DNA of 64,000 bases from Candidatus Fervidifonticultor quintus (GTDB lineage: Bacteria > Sysuimicrobiota > Sysuimicrobiia > Sysuimicrobiales > Humicultoraceae), in the NCBI GenBank assembly GCA_031459535.1, contig JAVKIJ010000001.1:1-64000 (forward strand). The letters run 5' to 3'. A program made the translations under genes and the position numbers. Below are positions 18,471-30,028 of this stretch, piece by piece (the first letter of the stretch is position 1; every line of letters starts with the position of its first letter). A model generated the notes under the pieces. The model was given only the letters and a program-made list of their open reading frames with translations, did not search any database and was not told the origin of the DNA.

Positions 18471-20176
18471 GTGGCTGCACCTCAGCCGCTGACCGTTCCC
18501 CGAGGGCTTGCGCAGGCCCGAGGCCGCGAGATCCGCCGCCTGCTGGCCGATCCCCTGGTGCTGATCGCGGCCCTGGGGATCCAGGCCCTGCTGCTGGTTT
18601 TCATCGTCTGGCCGCTGATCCGCGTGGTCGTCGTCAGCGCGGCGCGCGATGGCGTCATCTCCCTCGGTGCCTACCGGGAGCAACTGCGCTCGTGGTACGT
18701 CCAGCGGGCGATCTGGAACAGCCTGCTGGTGGGCGTGCTCACGGCGGCGGCCAGCGTTGCCGTGGGCTTTGCGTACGCCTATACGCTGGTCCGCACCGCA
18801 GTCCCGCTCAAGCGGCTGCTGCACATCCTGGCGATCCTGCCCATCGTGTCGCCGCCTTTCGTCTCGTCCATTGCGATCATCCTGCTGTTCGGCCGCGGCG
18901 GCATCATCACGTCCGGGCTGCTGGGGCTGCAGGACTTCAACATCTATGGCCTCAAGGGGCTGCTGCTGGCCCAGGTCATGACCTTTGCGCCGGTGGCCTA
19001 CCTGGTGCTGCGGGGTGTGCTGGAGGGCATCGATCCGACCCTGGAGGACGCCGCGCTCAACCTGGGTGCCGCGCGCTGGACGGTGTTCCGGCGCGTGCTG
19101 CTCCCCCTGGCGGTGCCCGGGATCACCAGCGCGTTCCTGGTAGTGTTCATCGAGTCCCTGGCCGACTTCGGCAACCCGCTGCTCCTGGCGGGCAGCGCCT
19201 TCCCGGTGCTGTCGGTGCAGGCCTACCTCCAGATCACCGGGATGTTCAACCTGCAGGCTGGCGCCGCCCTGTCGGTGCTGCTCCTGATCCCTTCCATCGG
19301 CGCGTTTCTCGCTTATCGGGCCGTCATCGGCCGCCGGCGCTACGTGACCGTGACCGGGAAGCCCGGGCGCTCGTCGCTGAAAGCCACGAGCCCCCTGGCC
19401 ACCTGGCTCCTGTTCGGGGTCACGGGGCTGGTCGCGGCGGTGGTGGTGATGTTCTACGCGGTCATCCTGGTCGGCGCGCTGGCGCGGACCTGGGGGGTGG
19501 ACAACCGGCCGTCGCTGGAGGCGCTGCACTACGTGCTGAGCGTGGGCGCCGACACCATCAAGGACACCCTGGTGATCGCCGTGGTCTCGACGCCGGTCTC
19601 CGGGCTGCTGGGCATGGTGATCGCTTTTCTGGTGGTCCGCAAGCGCTTCCCCGGCCGCGGGAGCCTTGAGCTGACCTCGTTGCTCAATTTCGCCCTGCCG
19701 GGCACGGTGGTGGGGATCGGCTACATCCTGGCGTTCAACCAGCGGCCGCTGCTGCTGACGGGCACCATGCTGATCCTGGTGGCCTGTTTCGTGTTCCGCT
19801 ACGTGCCGGTGGGGATCCAGTCAGGCATCGCGGTGCTGCGGCAGATCGATCCCGCCATCGAGGAGGCCGCGCAGAATCTTGGAGCCTCCAGTGCCCTGAC
19901 GTTCCGGCGCGTGACGTTGCCGCTGATCCGGCCCGCGTTCTTCTCGGCGCTGGTCTTTGCGTTCGTGCGGGCCATGACCGCGATCAGCGCTGCGGTCTTC
20001 CTGGTCTCGGCCAACTGGAACCTGATGACCGTGCAGATCCTCAGCGAAGTGGGTTCGGGGCGGTACAATGCCGCCGCAGCGTACAGCATGATCCTGTTGG
20101 CCATCGTGGTGGCCGCCATCGGTGTCATCGGGCTGCTGCTCAGGCGCGGCTACAGTCCGGTGCAGGGGAGGTTCCT

Positions 20177-20180
<4 letters not shown>
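18471..20180 (+). CDS. ABC transporter permease (FbpB/AfuB-like, duplicated domain)
   Basis: Two EAA loops (LEDAALNLGA, IEEAAQNLGA), ADFGNP; start codon uncertain. Confidence 0.88.
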
Positions 20181-21292
<1,112 letters not shown>

Positions 21293-21416
21293 GGCCTGGG
21301 GACTCTGGCGGGCCCCCAGGGACTGGGTGCCCGGCTCCGAGGGCATACCAGGGTCGGGAGCGAAGTGAGCCGTGAGTGCTCCCCAAGAGTACGAGCACCC
21401 ATGCCGGAGGCCAGCC

Positions 21417-23432
21417 ATGTCTCGCCGTCCCGTTGAGATTGAGGATCTGCTGAAGATCAGGTTCCCGCACAACCCCGCCCTGTCGCCCGACGGGCGGCGG
21501 GCGGCCTTCGCGCTCGCCCGTCTGGACTACGAGGCCAATGAGTGGCGGGCCAATCTCTGGATGGCATCCACCGAGGGTGGGGAGCCCGCCCCGTTCACAG
21601 CCGATGAGGCCCGAGACGCCTCCCCGGTGTGGTCTCCCGATGGCCGGTGGATCGCCTTCCTCTCGAACCGGGCAGGCAAGCGCCGGGGTCGCAAGAAGGC
21701 CGCCATGCAGCTCTGGGTCATTCCCGTTGAAGGTGGTGAGGCGTGGCAGTTGACGGCGTTCGCGGCCGGTGTCAGCCAGCCCGCTTGGTCCCCCGACAGC
21801 CGCACCCTGGCGTTTGTCACCCGCGGGACCGCCGAGCGGCTCGAGACCGCGGGGCCTGATGAGGAACTGGTGGTGCGCGAGATCACGCGGACGAAGTACA
21901 AGTTTGATGGTCTGGGATTCCTCGACGGCTACGCGCACATCTGGACCATCTCCCGCGACGGCGGCGCACCGGTCCGGCTCACCGACGGTGACTTCGACCA
22001 TGACACGCCGGTCTGGCTCCCCGGAGGCCGCGAGATCGTCTTCCTCAGCAATCGAGCCAAGGACGCCGACCTCTCGTTCGTACGGGACGTGTGGGCCGTG
22101 GACGTGGAGTCCAGGGTGATGCGACAGCTGACGCACAACACCGGGCCGGCGGTGTCGCTGGCGGTCTCCCCTGACGGGCGCTGGGTGGCCTTTGTGGGGC
22201 ACGACTTCCACGCCAAGAGCGCCACGAACTTCGGCATCTGGGTGGTGCCGGCCTGGGGCGGCGACGCGGTGGACCTGACCGCGGGCTTCGATCGTTCGGT
22301 GGGCAACGCCGTGGGCAGCGATGCCCGGCTGACCCCGCTGTTCCCGTCCATCGTGTGGGCGCACGACGGCAGCGGGGTCATCTTCTACGCCACGGACGTA
22401 GGACGCACCCACCTCTACTGGGTGGGGCTGGCTGACCGGCGCGTGCAGCAGCTGACCAGCGGCACCGAGGTGGTCGCCGACCTGACCGCCGCCGCCGGGC
22501 AGGTCGTCTACCAGCGCATGGGCCCGCTCACCCTGGACGAACTCTGGGTGCTACCGTCCTCGGGCGAGGCGCGCCGCCTGGTCGCCCCCAACGATGACCT
22601 GCTGGCCGAACTGGAGCTAACCGAGCCCCAGCGCTTCGCGTACACCGGGGCCGATGGCTGGCCGCTGAACGGCTGGGTGCAACTGCCGCTCGGATTCGAC
22701 CCCTCGAAGAAGTACCCCGCGGTGCTGAGGATCCACGGCGGGCCCCATGCCGCTTACGGCGACACGTGGAACCACTACGTAGCGCTCCTGGCCGCGCGCG
22801 GCTACGTGGTGGTCTGGGCGAATCCAAGGGGCAGTGGGGGGTACGGCGAGTCGTTCGCCAGGGCCGTGGTCGAGGACTGGGGGGGCAAGGACAGCGAGGA
22901 CATCCTGGCCGCCCTCGACCATGCCATCGGCATGGGGTTCATTGACCCAGACCGCGTGGCGGTCACCGGCGCCTCCTACGGCGGTTTCATGACCAACACG
23001 CTGATCGGGCGCACCAACCGGTTCCGCTGCGCCGCCACCGAAGTCTGCGTGAGCAACCTGCACAGCTTCTACGGCACCAGCGACATCGGCGCGACCTGGG
23101 GCGAGGTTGAGTGGGGGGCCAATCCCTGGGATGACCCGCAACGGCTGCTCGCGCACTCCCCGTTGATGGCCGCCAGGAACGTCACCGCGCCGGTGCTGAT
23201 CATTGCCAATGAGGCCGACCACCGGTGTCCGGTGGAGCAGTCCGAGCAGTACTTCATCGCGCTGCGCAAGCTGGGCAAGGAAGTCGTCTTCCTGCGCTTC
23301 CAGGACGAGAGTCACACCATGAGTTCCAGCGGTCGCCCCAGGGCGCGCATCGAGCGGTTGCGACGCCTGCTGGCGTGGTTCGACCGCTACCTGAAGCCGG
23401 TGCCCGAGGCGGCACCATCGCCGGGGGACTGA
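21417..23432 (+). CDS. S9 family peptidase
   Basis: WSPD repeats, HGGPH, GASYGG, DHRC, ESH; GGAGG RBS at 21406-21410. Confidence 0.92.
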   Translation: MSRRPVEIEDLLKIRFPHNPALSPDGRRAAFALARLDYEANEWRANLWMASTEGGEPAPFTADEARDASPVWSPDGRWIAFLSNRAGKRRGRKKAAMQLWVIPVEGGEAWQLTAFAAGVSQPAWSPDSRTLAFVTRGTAERLETAGPDEELVVREITRTKYKFDGLGFLDGYAHIWTISRDGGAPVRLTDGDFDHDTPVWLPGGREIVFLSNRAKDADLSFVRDVWAVDVESRVMRQLTHNTGPAVSLAVSPDGRWVAFVGHDFHAKSATNFGIWVVPAWGGDAVDLTAGFDRSVGNAVGSDARLTPLFPSIVWAHDGSGVIFYATDVGRTHLYWVGLADRRVQQLTSGTEVVADLTAAAGQVVYQRMGPLTLDELWVLPSSGEARRLVAPNDDLLAELELTEPQRFAYTGADGWPLNGWVQLPLGFDPSKKYPAVLRIHGGPHAAYGDTWNHYVALLAARGYVVVWANPRGSGGYGESFARAVVEDWGGKDSEDILAALDHAIGMGFIDPDRVAVTGASYGGFMTNTLIGRTNRFRCAATEVCVSNLHSFYGTSDIGATWGEVEWGANPWDDPQRLLAHSPLMAARNVTAPVLIIANEADHRCPVEQSEQYFIALRKLGKEVVFLRFQDESHTMSSSGRPRARIERLRRLLAWFDRYLKPVPEAAPSPGD

Positions 23433-23500
23433 TCCGCCCGCCGGAGCCCTGAGCGTCGGGCGCCACTCCCTGGTCCGGGAGGAAAATGGCCGGCTGGAAG

Positions 23501-23530
23501 AGTAATAACCGGTCACTACTGGTCATTACC
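23501..23530. promoter_or_regulatory. candidate GntR operator
   Basis: AGTAATAACC/GGTCACTACT imperfect palindrome plus a further direct copy GGTCATTACC. Confidence 0.45.
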
Positions 23531-23571
23531 AAAACCATGTTCGGTATCTCTTGGAGGTGGCATGTCTACCG

Positions 23572-24330
23572 ATGCGGCTCCAGCGTCAGGCCGCCACGCC
23601 ACTGCACCGGCAGCTCGGGACCGCGCTCGCTAGGGAGATCCGCGGCGGCCGCTTTCGACCCGGCGAGCGCATTCCTTCCGAACGGGCGATCTGCGAAGCC
23701 TACGGCGTCAGCCGGACGACGGTCCGCCAGACGATCGGCGATCTGGTGCGGTCCGGCTTGCTCATGCGGGTTCCGGCGAAAGGCACGTTCGTCGCACCTC
23801 CCAAGATCAATCAGGACCTGACGCGCGTCGTCCGGTTCTCGGAGGCGGTCTCCGCGGCGGGCTACAGACCGTCGTCGCGGCTGCTCGGCATCAGCCGGAT
23901 CGCCGCTCCCGCCGCTGCCGCCGAGGCCCTGGGGCTGTCCAGTGACGAGCCGGTCGTGGTGGTGGACATGCTCAGCCTCGGCGACGGCGTGCCGCTCGCG
24001 TTCTATCGCATCCATCTGCCGCAGGAGACCGGTGAACCCACGGCGCGCGCCCTGCTCGCGGCCGAGGCTGAGGGCCGCGTGACCTTCGGGCTCGTCCTCG
24101 ACCATGTGTTCCGAGTGACCGGGCTGGAGCCGGCCCAGGTCGTGCAGACCTACGAGGCGATCGCCGCTACCCCGGAGCTGGCGCGCGTCCTTGGGGTCAA
24201 CGAGGGCGCGGCGCTCATCGCCAGCGCCCGCACCGTCTTGACCGCCTCCGGCGTACCCATCACCCATGACGACGCCTACTACCGCGGTGACCGCTACCGA
24301 TTCACCATTCGCCGCGCGTATTCCCTGTGA
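23572..24330 (+). CDS. GntR family regulator (HutC/UTRA type)
   Basis: IPSER...YGVSRTTVRQ, KGTFV, C-terminal YRGDRYRF; start uncertain (23551 or 23572). Confidence 0.9.
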   Translation: MRLQRQAATPLHRQLGTALAREIRGGRFRPGERIPSERAICEAYGVSRTTVRQTIGDLVRSGLLMRVPAKGTFVAPPKINQDLTRVVRFSEAVSAAGYRPSSRLLGISRIAAPAAAAEALGLSSDEPVVVVDMLSLGDGVPLAFYRIHLPQETGEPTARALLAAEAEGRVTFGLVLDHVFRVTGLEPAQVVQTYEAIAATPELARVLGVNEGAALIASARTVLTASGVPITHDDAYYRGDRYRFTIRRAYSL

Positions 24331-24400
24331 AGAGTCCCAAGGTGGGCGAGACGCACGCGTGACCGCAAGACAAGATGTCAAGCGAGGAGGGGGACGCATC

Positions 24401-25948
24401 ATGAGAGGACCGCAGTGGCAGGTCAGTATCGCCCTGTTGGTCATGCTACTCAGCCTGCTGCCGCTCGCCGGCGCGCAGGAGCGTGTGCTCGCATTTGCGC
24501 TCGACACGGAAGCGTTCCGACGACCGGAGGCGGAGGCCATCGCGGAGAACCTGCGGGCGATCGGGATTCAGGCCGAGGTGCGAGTGTGGGAACGCACGAG
24601 CCTGATCGCGCGCATCCAGGCCGGTGAGCGGCAGGCCTATCTGACCGACTGGGGCAGCGCCTTCTTCGATCCCTTCGATCTCGCAGAGCCCAAGTTTACC
24701 ACCGGTGGCCGGGGCAACTACTCGTTCTATAGCAACAAGGAGGTCGACGGTCTGCTGGTCGCCGGCTCGACGGGGACGGACGCGGCGAAGCGCCGCGAGG
24801 CGTACTTCAGAGTTCAGGAGATCTTGTTCCGTGAGGCGCCCTGGGTGTTCGGGTACTACCGCCAAGATACCCACGGGGTCAGCAGCTTGGTGGAGAACTG
24901 GGAACCTGCCATGGACAGTCGCATCAACCTCCATGACGCCCGGATGGCGCGGGGCGGGGTCGTGGTGGTCGGCATGAACACCAACGCCATCGTGACCTTT
25001 GATCCCGCCATGTTCCGCGACCGCAAGACCGAGACCGTGCTGCGGAACATCTTCGACGGTCTGGTCACCCGGACGACCCGCGACAGGGTCGTGCTCGAGT
25101 TGGCTTCGACGATGCGCCAGCCTTCGTCCACGGTGTACGAGTTCACCCTTCGGCCGGGCGTGACGTTCCACAATGGCGATCCCCTTACGGTCGAGGATGT
25201 GCTCTTCACGTTTGAGCGCATCCTGAAGGAACGGGCCGTTGGTGGTGAGAGCAGCCCGCGGCGGGCCTTGCTGGGCCCACTGCAGCAGGTCGAACGTGTG
25301 GACGACCAGACCGTGCGGTTTGTGCTGGCGCGGCCCTTCCCGGCCTTTCTGCAGGCACTGGTGCACTTTCAGATCGTCCCCAAGAAGTACATCCAGACCG
25401 TGGGCGATCGGACATTCGCCGAGCGACCAATCGGCGCCGGCCCGTTCAGGTACGTGGCGGGCCGCGTGGACTCCCAGATCGTCCTGGAGCGCTACGAACA
25501 GTACTACGGCGGCGCGCCGGACATCCCGCCGGTGGGTCCGGCGCCGCTGAGAGGGGTGGTGTTTCGCATGATGCCCGAGCCGGCGACGCGGGTGGCGGCC
25601 CTGAAGGCGGGCGAGGTGCACATTATTGAAGACCTGCCGGTAGATTTGATTCCAGAGGTCGAGCGCGACCCGAAGACCGCGGTCCGGACCACCCAGGGTA
25701 CGCGCGTGTACGGCGTGGAGCTCAACAACGCCAGGCCGCCTTTCAACGATGTCAAGGTGCGCCAGGCGCTCAACTACGCGGTGAACTGGGAGGCCATCTT
25801 GAAGTCCGTCTACCGGGGGTACGCCACCCGCCTGTCCACCGCGTTTCTCCCCAGCGGCTTCGGGTACAACCCGCGCCAGCAGGCCTATCCGTACGATGCG
25901 GCGCGGGCACGGACGCTGTTGCGAGAGGCCGGCTACGCTGTCCGGTAG
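24401..25948 (+). CDS. family 5 (peptide/nickel) ABC substrate-binding protein, apparently circularly permuted
   Basis: Signal peptide; TFDP, IFDGLV, LRPGVTFHNG, GAGPF, VRQALNYAV, YPYD; motif blocks are in swapped order. Confidence 0.88.
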   Translation: MRGPQWQVSIALLVMLLSLLPLAGAQERVLAFALDTEAFRRPEAEAIAENLRAIGIQAEVRVWERTSLIARIQAGERQAYLTDWGSAFFDPFDLAEPKFTTGGRGNYSFYSNKEVDGLLVAGSTGTDAAKRREAYFRVQEILFREAPWVFGYYRQDTHGVSSLVENWEPAMDSRINLHDARMARGGVVVVGMNTNAIVTFDPAMFRDRKTETVLRNIFDGLVTRTTRDRVVLELASTMRQPSSTVYEFTLRPGVTFHNGDPLTVEDVLFTFERILKERAVGGESSPRRALLGPLQQVERVDDQTVRFVLARPFPAFLQALVHFQIVPKKYIQTVGDRTFAERPIGAGPFRYVAGRVDSQIVLERYEQYYGGAPDIPPVGPAPLRGVVFRMMPEPATRVAALKAGEVHIIEDLPVDLIPEVERDPKTAVRTTQGTRVYGVELNNARPPFNDVKVRQALNYAVNWEAILKSVYRGYATRLSTAFLPSGFGYNPRQQAYPYDAARARTLLREAGYAVR

Positions 25949-25951
25949 CCC

Positions 25952-26962
25952 ATGCGGGCCGTTGCCGTCGCCCGCCGCATCCTGACCACCATCCCGATCA
26001 TGATCGGGGTGGCGGTGATCGTGTTTGTGGTGATGCGGCTGTTGCCTGGCGATCCGGTGGACATCATGCTAGGCCAGACGGGGGCGGTTTCGCAGCAAGA
26101 CGTGGACCGCCTCCGGCAGGACTTCCATCTGAACCAGCCGCTCGCCCGTCAGCTGCTCCTGTTCCTGGCGGGCGCAGCCCGGGGTGATCTCGGAACCTCG
26201 TTCGCGCGGCGGCGTCCGGTCTTCACCATGCTGATCGAAGCCCTGCCGGCGACGATCGAGCTGGCTGTGACCGCCACGGTGCTGGCGCTGCTCATTGCCA
26301 TCCCCATCGGCGTGCTGTCCGCGGTCCACCAGCGGTCATGGCTCGACCGCCTCGCCATGGGCGCCGCGTTTCTCGGCATCTCCATGCCGGCGTTCTGGTT
26401 GGGGATTGTGGCCATCCTCCTGCTGTCTGTCAGGCTGGGCTGGCTCCCCACCTCCGGCCGTCTCGGGTTCGAAGCGTTCCTGCAGCCGATCACCGGCTTC
26501 GTGCTGCTGGATAGCGTGCTCACGCGCAACTGGCCCGCATTGTGGGACGGCCTGCGGCATCTGATTCTGCCGGCTGCGGTCTTGGGCGCGAGCCTCATGG
26601 CCATCGTGGCCCGCGTCATGCGGTCGAGCATGGTGGAGGTGATGCGGGAGCAGTACGTGACCACGGCGCACTCCAAGGGCCTGGCGCGCCAGGTGGTGAT
26701 CTGGCGGCACGGGGTCCGCAACGCGCTGATTCCCACCCTGACCGTGGTTGGACTGCAGCTTGGCGTGCTGCTCGGCGGCAACATGATCGTCGAGACCGTG
26801 TTCGGGTGGCCGGGCATGGGCCGCCTGGTGGTGGGCGCCATCTTCAGCCGCGACTACCCCGTCGTGCAGGGCGCGGTAATGCTGTATGCGGTGATCTTCG
26901 TGCTCGCCAATCTGGCGGTGGACCTGTGCTACATCATCCTGGATCCGCGGATCTCTTTCTAG
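25952..26962 (+). CDS. peptide ABC transporter permease (DppB-like)
   Basis: PGDP, GDLG.S, HLILP, YV.TA.SKGL, VETVF.WPG.G, RDYPVVQG. Confidence 0.92.
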   Translation: MRAVAVARRILTTIPIMIGVAVIVFVVMRLLPGDPVDIMLGQTGAVSQQDVDRLRQDFHLNQPLARQLLLFLAGAARGDLGTSFARRRPVFTMLIEALPATIELAVTATVLALLIAIPIGVLSAVHQRSWLDRLAMGAAFLGISMPAFWLGIVAILLLSVRLGWLPTSGRLGFEAFLQPITGFVLLDSVLTRNWPALWDGLRHLILPAAVLGASLMAIVARVMRSSMVEVMREQYVTTAHSKGLARQVVIWRHGVRNALIPTLTVVGLQLGVLLGGNMIVETVFGWPGMGRLVVGAIFSRDYPVVQGAVMLYAVIFVLANLAVDLCYIILDPRISF

Positions 26963-26972
26963 GCGTGGCGAG

Positions 26973-27875
26973 GTGGCCACCGTAGCTGTTGTCTCCCCGT
27001 CGCCCCAGACCCGGCGAGGAGGGTTCTGGACCATGGCGCGCCGCCTGGTCCATCACCCCTCGGCGGCGGCCGGCGCCGTGGTCGTCGCCGCCATCGCGGC
27101 CCTGGCGATCCTCGCGCCAGCGGTCGCGCCCTTCGACCCGGGCGCCTCACGCCTGGAAGGGCGGCTCCAGCCGCCCTCATGGATGGCGGGTGGGGCGCCC
27201 GGGCGCTGGTTGGGAACCGACGGTCTGGGACGCGACATCTGGTCGCGGGTCATCTACGGCGGACGAGTCTCGCTTCTCGTAGGCATGGCGGCCACGGCGC
27301 TGTCGCTGTCGCCCGGTCTCGTGCTCGGGTTGGCCGCGGGGTTTTTCCGCGGGGCCGTTGACGGTGTGATCTCGCGATTTGCCGAGTTGCTCATGGCCTT
27401 TCCGCATCTGATCTTCGCCATCGGCGTCATGGCCGCGCTGGGCCCCGGATTCTGGAACCTGGTCATGGCCCTGGCCTTCAAGGGCTGGGTGGAGTTCTTC
27501 CGGGTGGCACGAGGCGACACGCTGAGCCACGGGGCCAGGGAGTATGTGGATGCGGCCCGGGCCATAGGCGCGTCCAGTGCCCGCATTCTCGGCCGGCACA
27601 TCCTGCCCAACATGATTCACACCAGCTTGGTCCTGGCGACCCTTCGCATGGGTCATTTCATCGTCCTGGAAGCATCGCTGTCGTTCCTGGGCATGGGATT
27701 GCCGCCGCGCATTCCGGCCTGGGGCTCAATGGTCGCCGACGGCCGCGAAGTCATGCTCACGGCGTGGTGGGTCTCGACGTTTCCGGGGTTGGCGATCGTG
27801 GTGCTCGTTTTGGCCATCAACATGGTGGGCGAGGGGCTGCGGGACGTCCTCGACCCGCGGCTACGGGTCTCATGA
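26973..27875 (+). CDS. peptide ABC transporter permease (DppC-like)
   Basis: LGTDGLGRD, YGGRVSL, HILPN, EASLSFLG, GEGLRD.LDPR. Confidence 0.92.
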   Translation: MATVAVVSPSPQTRRGGFWTMARRLVHHPSAAAGAVVVAAIAALAILAPAVAPFDPGASRLEGRLQPPSWMAGGAPGRWLGTDGLGRDIWSRVIYGGRVSLLVGMAATALSLSPGLVLGLAAGFFRGAVDGVISRFAELLMAFPHLIFAIGVMAALGPGFWNLVMALAFKGWVEFFRVARGDTLSHGAREYVDAARAIGASSARILGRHILPNMIHTSLVLATLRMGHFIVLEASLSFLGMGLPPRIPAWGSMVADGREVMLTAWWVSTFPGLAIVVLVLAINMVGEGLRDVLDPRLRVS

Positions 27876-28621
27876 GCGCGGAGCACGCCGCGGCGCCATC
27901 TCGTCCTATCGTGGGCATTACGATTTCCGCCCCGACCACTCGCGGGTCTCACAGCATCTGCGCCGGTGTCCCGTACGCTGCTGCCGTCACCTGGGCCGGG
28001 GGCCTGCCTGTGTGGATCCCAGCCGAGGGGGGTCGAGCGGACGCTCGGAATCTCATCGGGCGCCTGGACGCTGTGGTGCTGACCGGTGGCCGGCGCCTGG
28101 ACGCCGCGTTCTTCGCGGCAAATCCGCGGCCGACGCTGGAACAGACCGATCCGACGCGATACTGGCTCGAGCACGCCTTGATCCTGGCCGCGTGCGAACG
28201 AGAGGTGCCCCTCCTGGGCATCTGCCGCGGCATGCAGATGCTGAACGAGGCCTTGGGCGGGACGCTGGTGGGCAACCTCACACTGGACTGGCCCTGCGCA
28301 TTGAACCATCACCAGTCCGAGGACCCCGATCGCCCCTCTCACTGGATCCGGATGGCACCGGACTCGCGGCTGGCCACCGCCGTGGCTGCGACGCGGGAGA
28401 GGGTCAACTCATTCCACCGTCAGGCCGTCGAGCAGCCCGGTACCGGCCTGAGAGCCGTGGCCTGGGCCGATGATGGTGTGATCGAGGCCGTCGAGGCGTC
28501 CCGGCCCGCCGCGTTCATCGTGGGCGTCCAGTTCCACCCCGAAGCCCTGGTGCAGCGTGAGGGTCGCTGGTTGGGACTGTTCGAGGCGCTCGTGGACGCC
28601 GCGCGCCGGCCCAGGACGTGA
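27872..28621 (+). CDS. gamma-glutamyl-gamma-aminobutyrate hydrolase family (peptidase C26)
   Basis: LTGG, LGICRGMQ, VNSFH.QAV, GVQFHPE. Confidence 0.88.
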   Translation: MSAEHAAAPSRPIVGITISAPTTRGSHSICAGVPYAAAVTWAGGLPVWIPAEGGRADARNLIGRLDAVVLTGGRRLDAAFFAANPRPTLEQTDPTRYWLEHALILAACEREVPLLGICRGMQMLNEALGGTLVGNLTLDWPCALNHHQSEDPDRPSHWIRMAPDSRLATAVAATRERVNSFHRQAVEQPGTGLRAVAWADDGVIEAVEASRPAAFIVGVQFHPEALVQREGRWLGLFEALVDAARRPRT

Positions 28622-28631
28622 GGAGGCTCCC

Positions 28632-30008
28632 ATGGACCGCATGACGCTCCTGTCGCCCACGGGGCACTTGGGATTCACACCCATCGAGAGCGGCAGCTTT
28701 TATGCCGGCGCCGCGCGCCAGCCCGACGCCTTCATCGCCGATTCCGGCAGCTGTGACATCGGCCCCTATCCCCTGGGCGCCGATGCGCAGCACAGCCCCG
28801 TGGAGTGGCAGCGCCACGATCTAGAGCTGCTGCTGCTTGCTGCCCGCGCCCAGGGCGTGCCGATGATTATCGGATCGGCCTCGGATACCGGATCCAATCG
28901 CGGGGTGGATCTGTTCGTGCGTCTCATCGAGGACATTGCACGGGCGCACCACCTGCCGCCATTCAAGATGGCGGCGGTCTACGCCGAGGTGTCCCGCGAC
29001 GTGGTGCTGGACCGACTCCGGCAGGGACGGATCGCAGGCTTGGGCGGGCGCGCGGACCTGACGCCCGAGATCGTTGAGCGCACGGACCACATCGTGGCCA
29101 TGATGGGTGCCGAGCCAATCGTGCGCGCCCTGGACGGCGGCGCCGATGTGGTGATCTGCGGGCGTTCCTGCGACGATGCCATCTTTGCCGCACTGCCGCT
29201 GCGGGCGGGCTTTCCCCGGGCGTTGGCCTTCCATTTGGGCAAGGTCCTGGAGTGCGCGTCGCTGTGTGCCGAACCATTCATGGCCAAGGAGACGGTGCTG
29301 GGGACCATCACGCATGACGCGGTCGAGTTCGAACCCATGCACGCCGGGCAGCGGTGCACGCCGGCGTCGGTCATCAGCCACAGCATGTATGAACGCGAGG
29401 ACCCGTACATGCACGCCGTCCCCGGCGGCATCCTGGACCTGCGCGCGTGCCAGTACGAGGCATTGGACGCGCGCCGGACCCGGGTCACCGGTGCCCGCTG
29501 GATACCCGCTGAAGCCTACGCGGTCAAACTGGAAGGGGCCGGATGGGTGGGCTCCCGGGCCTTTGCGTTCGCGGCGTTGCGCGACCCGTACGCCATCCAA
29601 CAGATCGACCGAATGGAGCGATGGGCCCGGGCCAAGGTCGCGGAGCGACATGGTGCGCCAGGCCCCGGGCGCTACGAGTTGTTTTTCCGCGTCTATGGCC
29701 GAGATGGTGTGCTGGGGGCCCGGGAGCCGAAACGACACATCACCAGCCACGAGGTGGCCCTGATGATCGAGGCTGTGGCACCCACGGACGACGAGGCCAT
29801 GGCCATTGCTACGCTGGCGCAGCGCAACTTCTTCTTCGCTCGCTTCCCGGGACTGCGCGGGACGGCGGGCACCGCGGCCCTGCCCGTGGACGAGGTGTTC
29901 CTGGGCCGCCCGGCGTATTCGTGGACGATCAATCACCTGCTGCCCTTGGACGACCCATGCGAGTTGTTCCCGACGCGTTTCATCGACGTGAGCGCCGCGC
30001 GGCGCTAG
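28632..30008 (+). CDS. acyclic terpene utilization AtuA-family protein
   Basis: G.LGF, DSGS.D.GP..LG, MG.EPI..AL..GADVVI.GR..D, GK.LEC, H..YE. Confidence 0.75.
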   Translation: MDRMTLLSPTGHLGFTPIESGSFYAGAARQPDAFIADSGSCDIGPYPLGADAQHSPVEWQRHDLELLLLAARAQGVPMIIGSASDTGSNRGVDLFVRLIEDIARAHHLPPFKMAAVYAEVSRDVVLDRLRQGRIAGLGGRADLTPEIVERTDHIVAMMGAEPIVRALDGGADVVICGRSCDDAIFAALPLRAGFPRALAFHLGKVLECASLCAEPFMAKETVLGTITHDAVEFEPMHAGQRCTPASVISHSMYEREDPYMHAVPGGILDLRACQYEALDARRTRVTGARWIPAEAYAVKLEGAGWVGSRAFAFAALRDPYAIQQIDRMERWARAKVAERHGAPGPGRYELFFRVYGRDGVLGAREPKRHITSHEVALMIEAVAPTDDEAMAIATLAQRNFFFARFPGLRGTAGTAALPVDEVFLGRPAYSWTINHLLPLDDPCELFPTRFIDVSAARR

Positions 30009-30028
30009 TGGATTGGGGGTGCCGGCGC

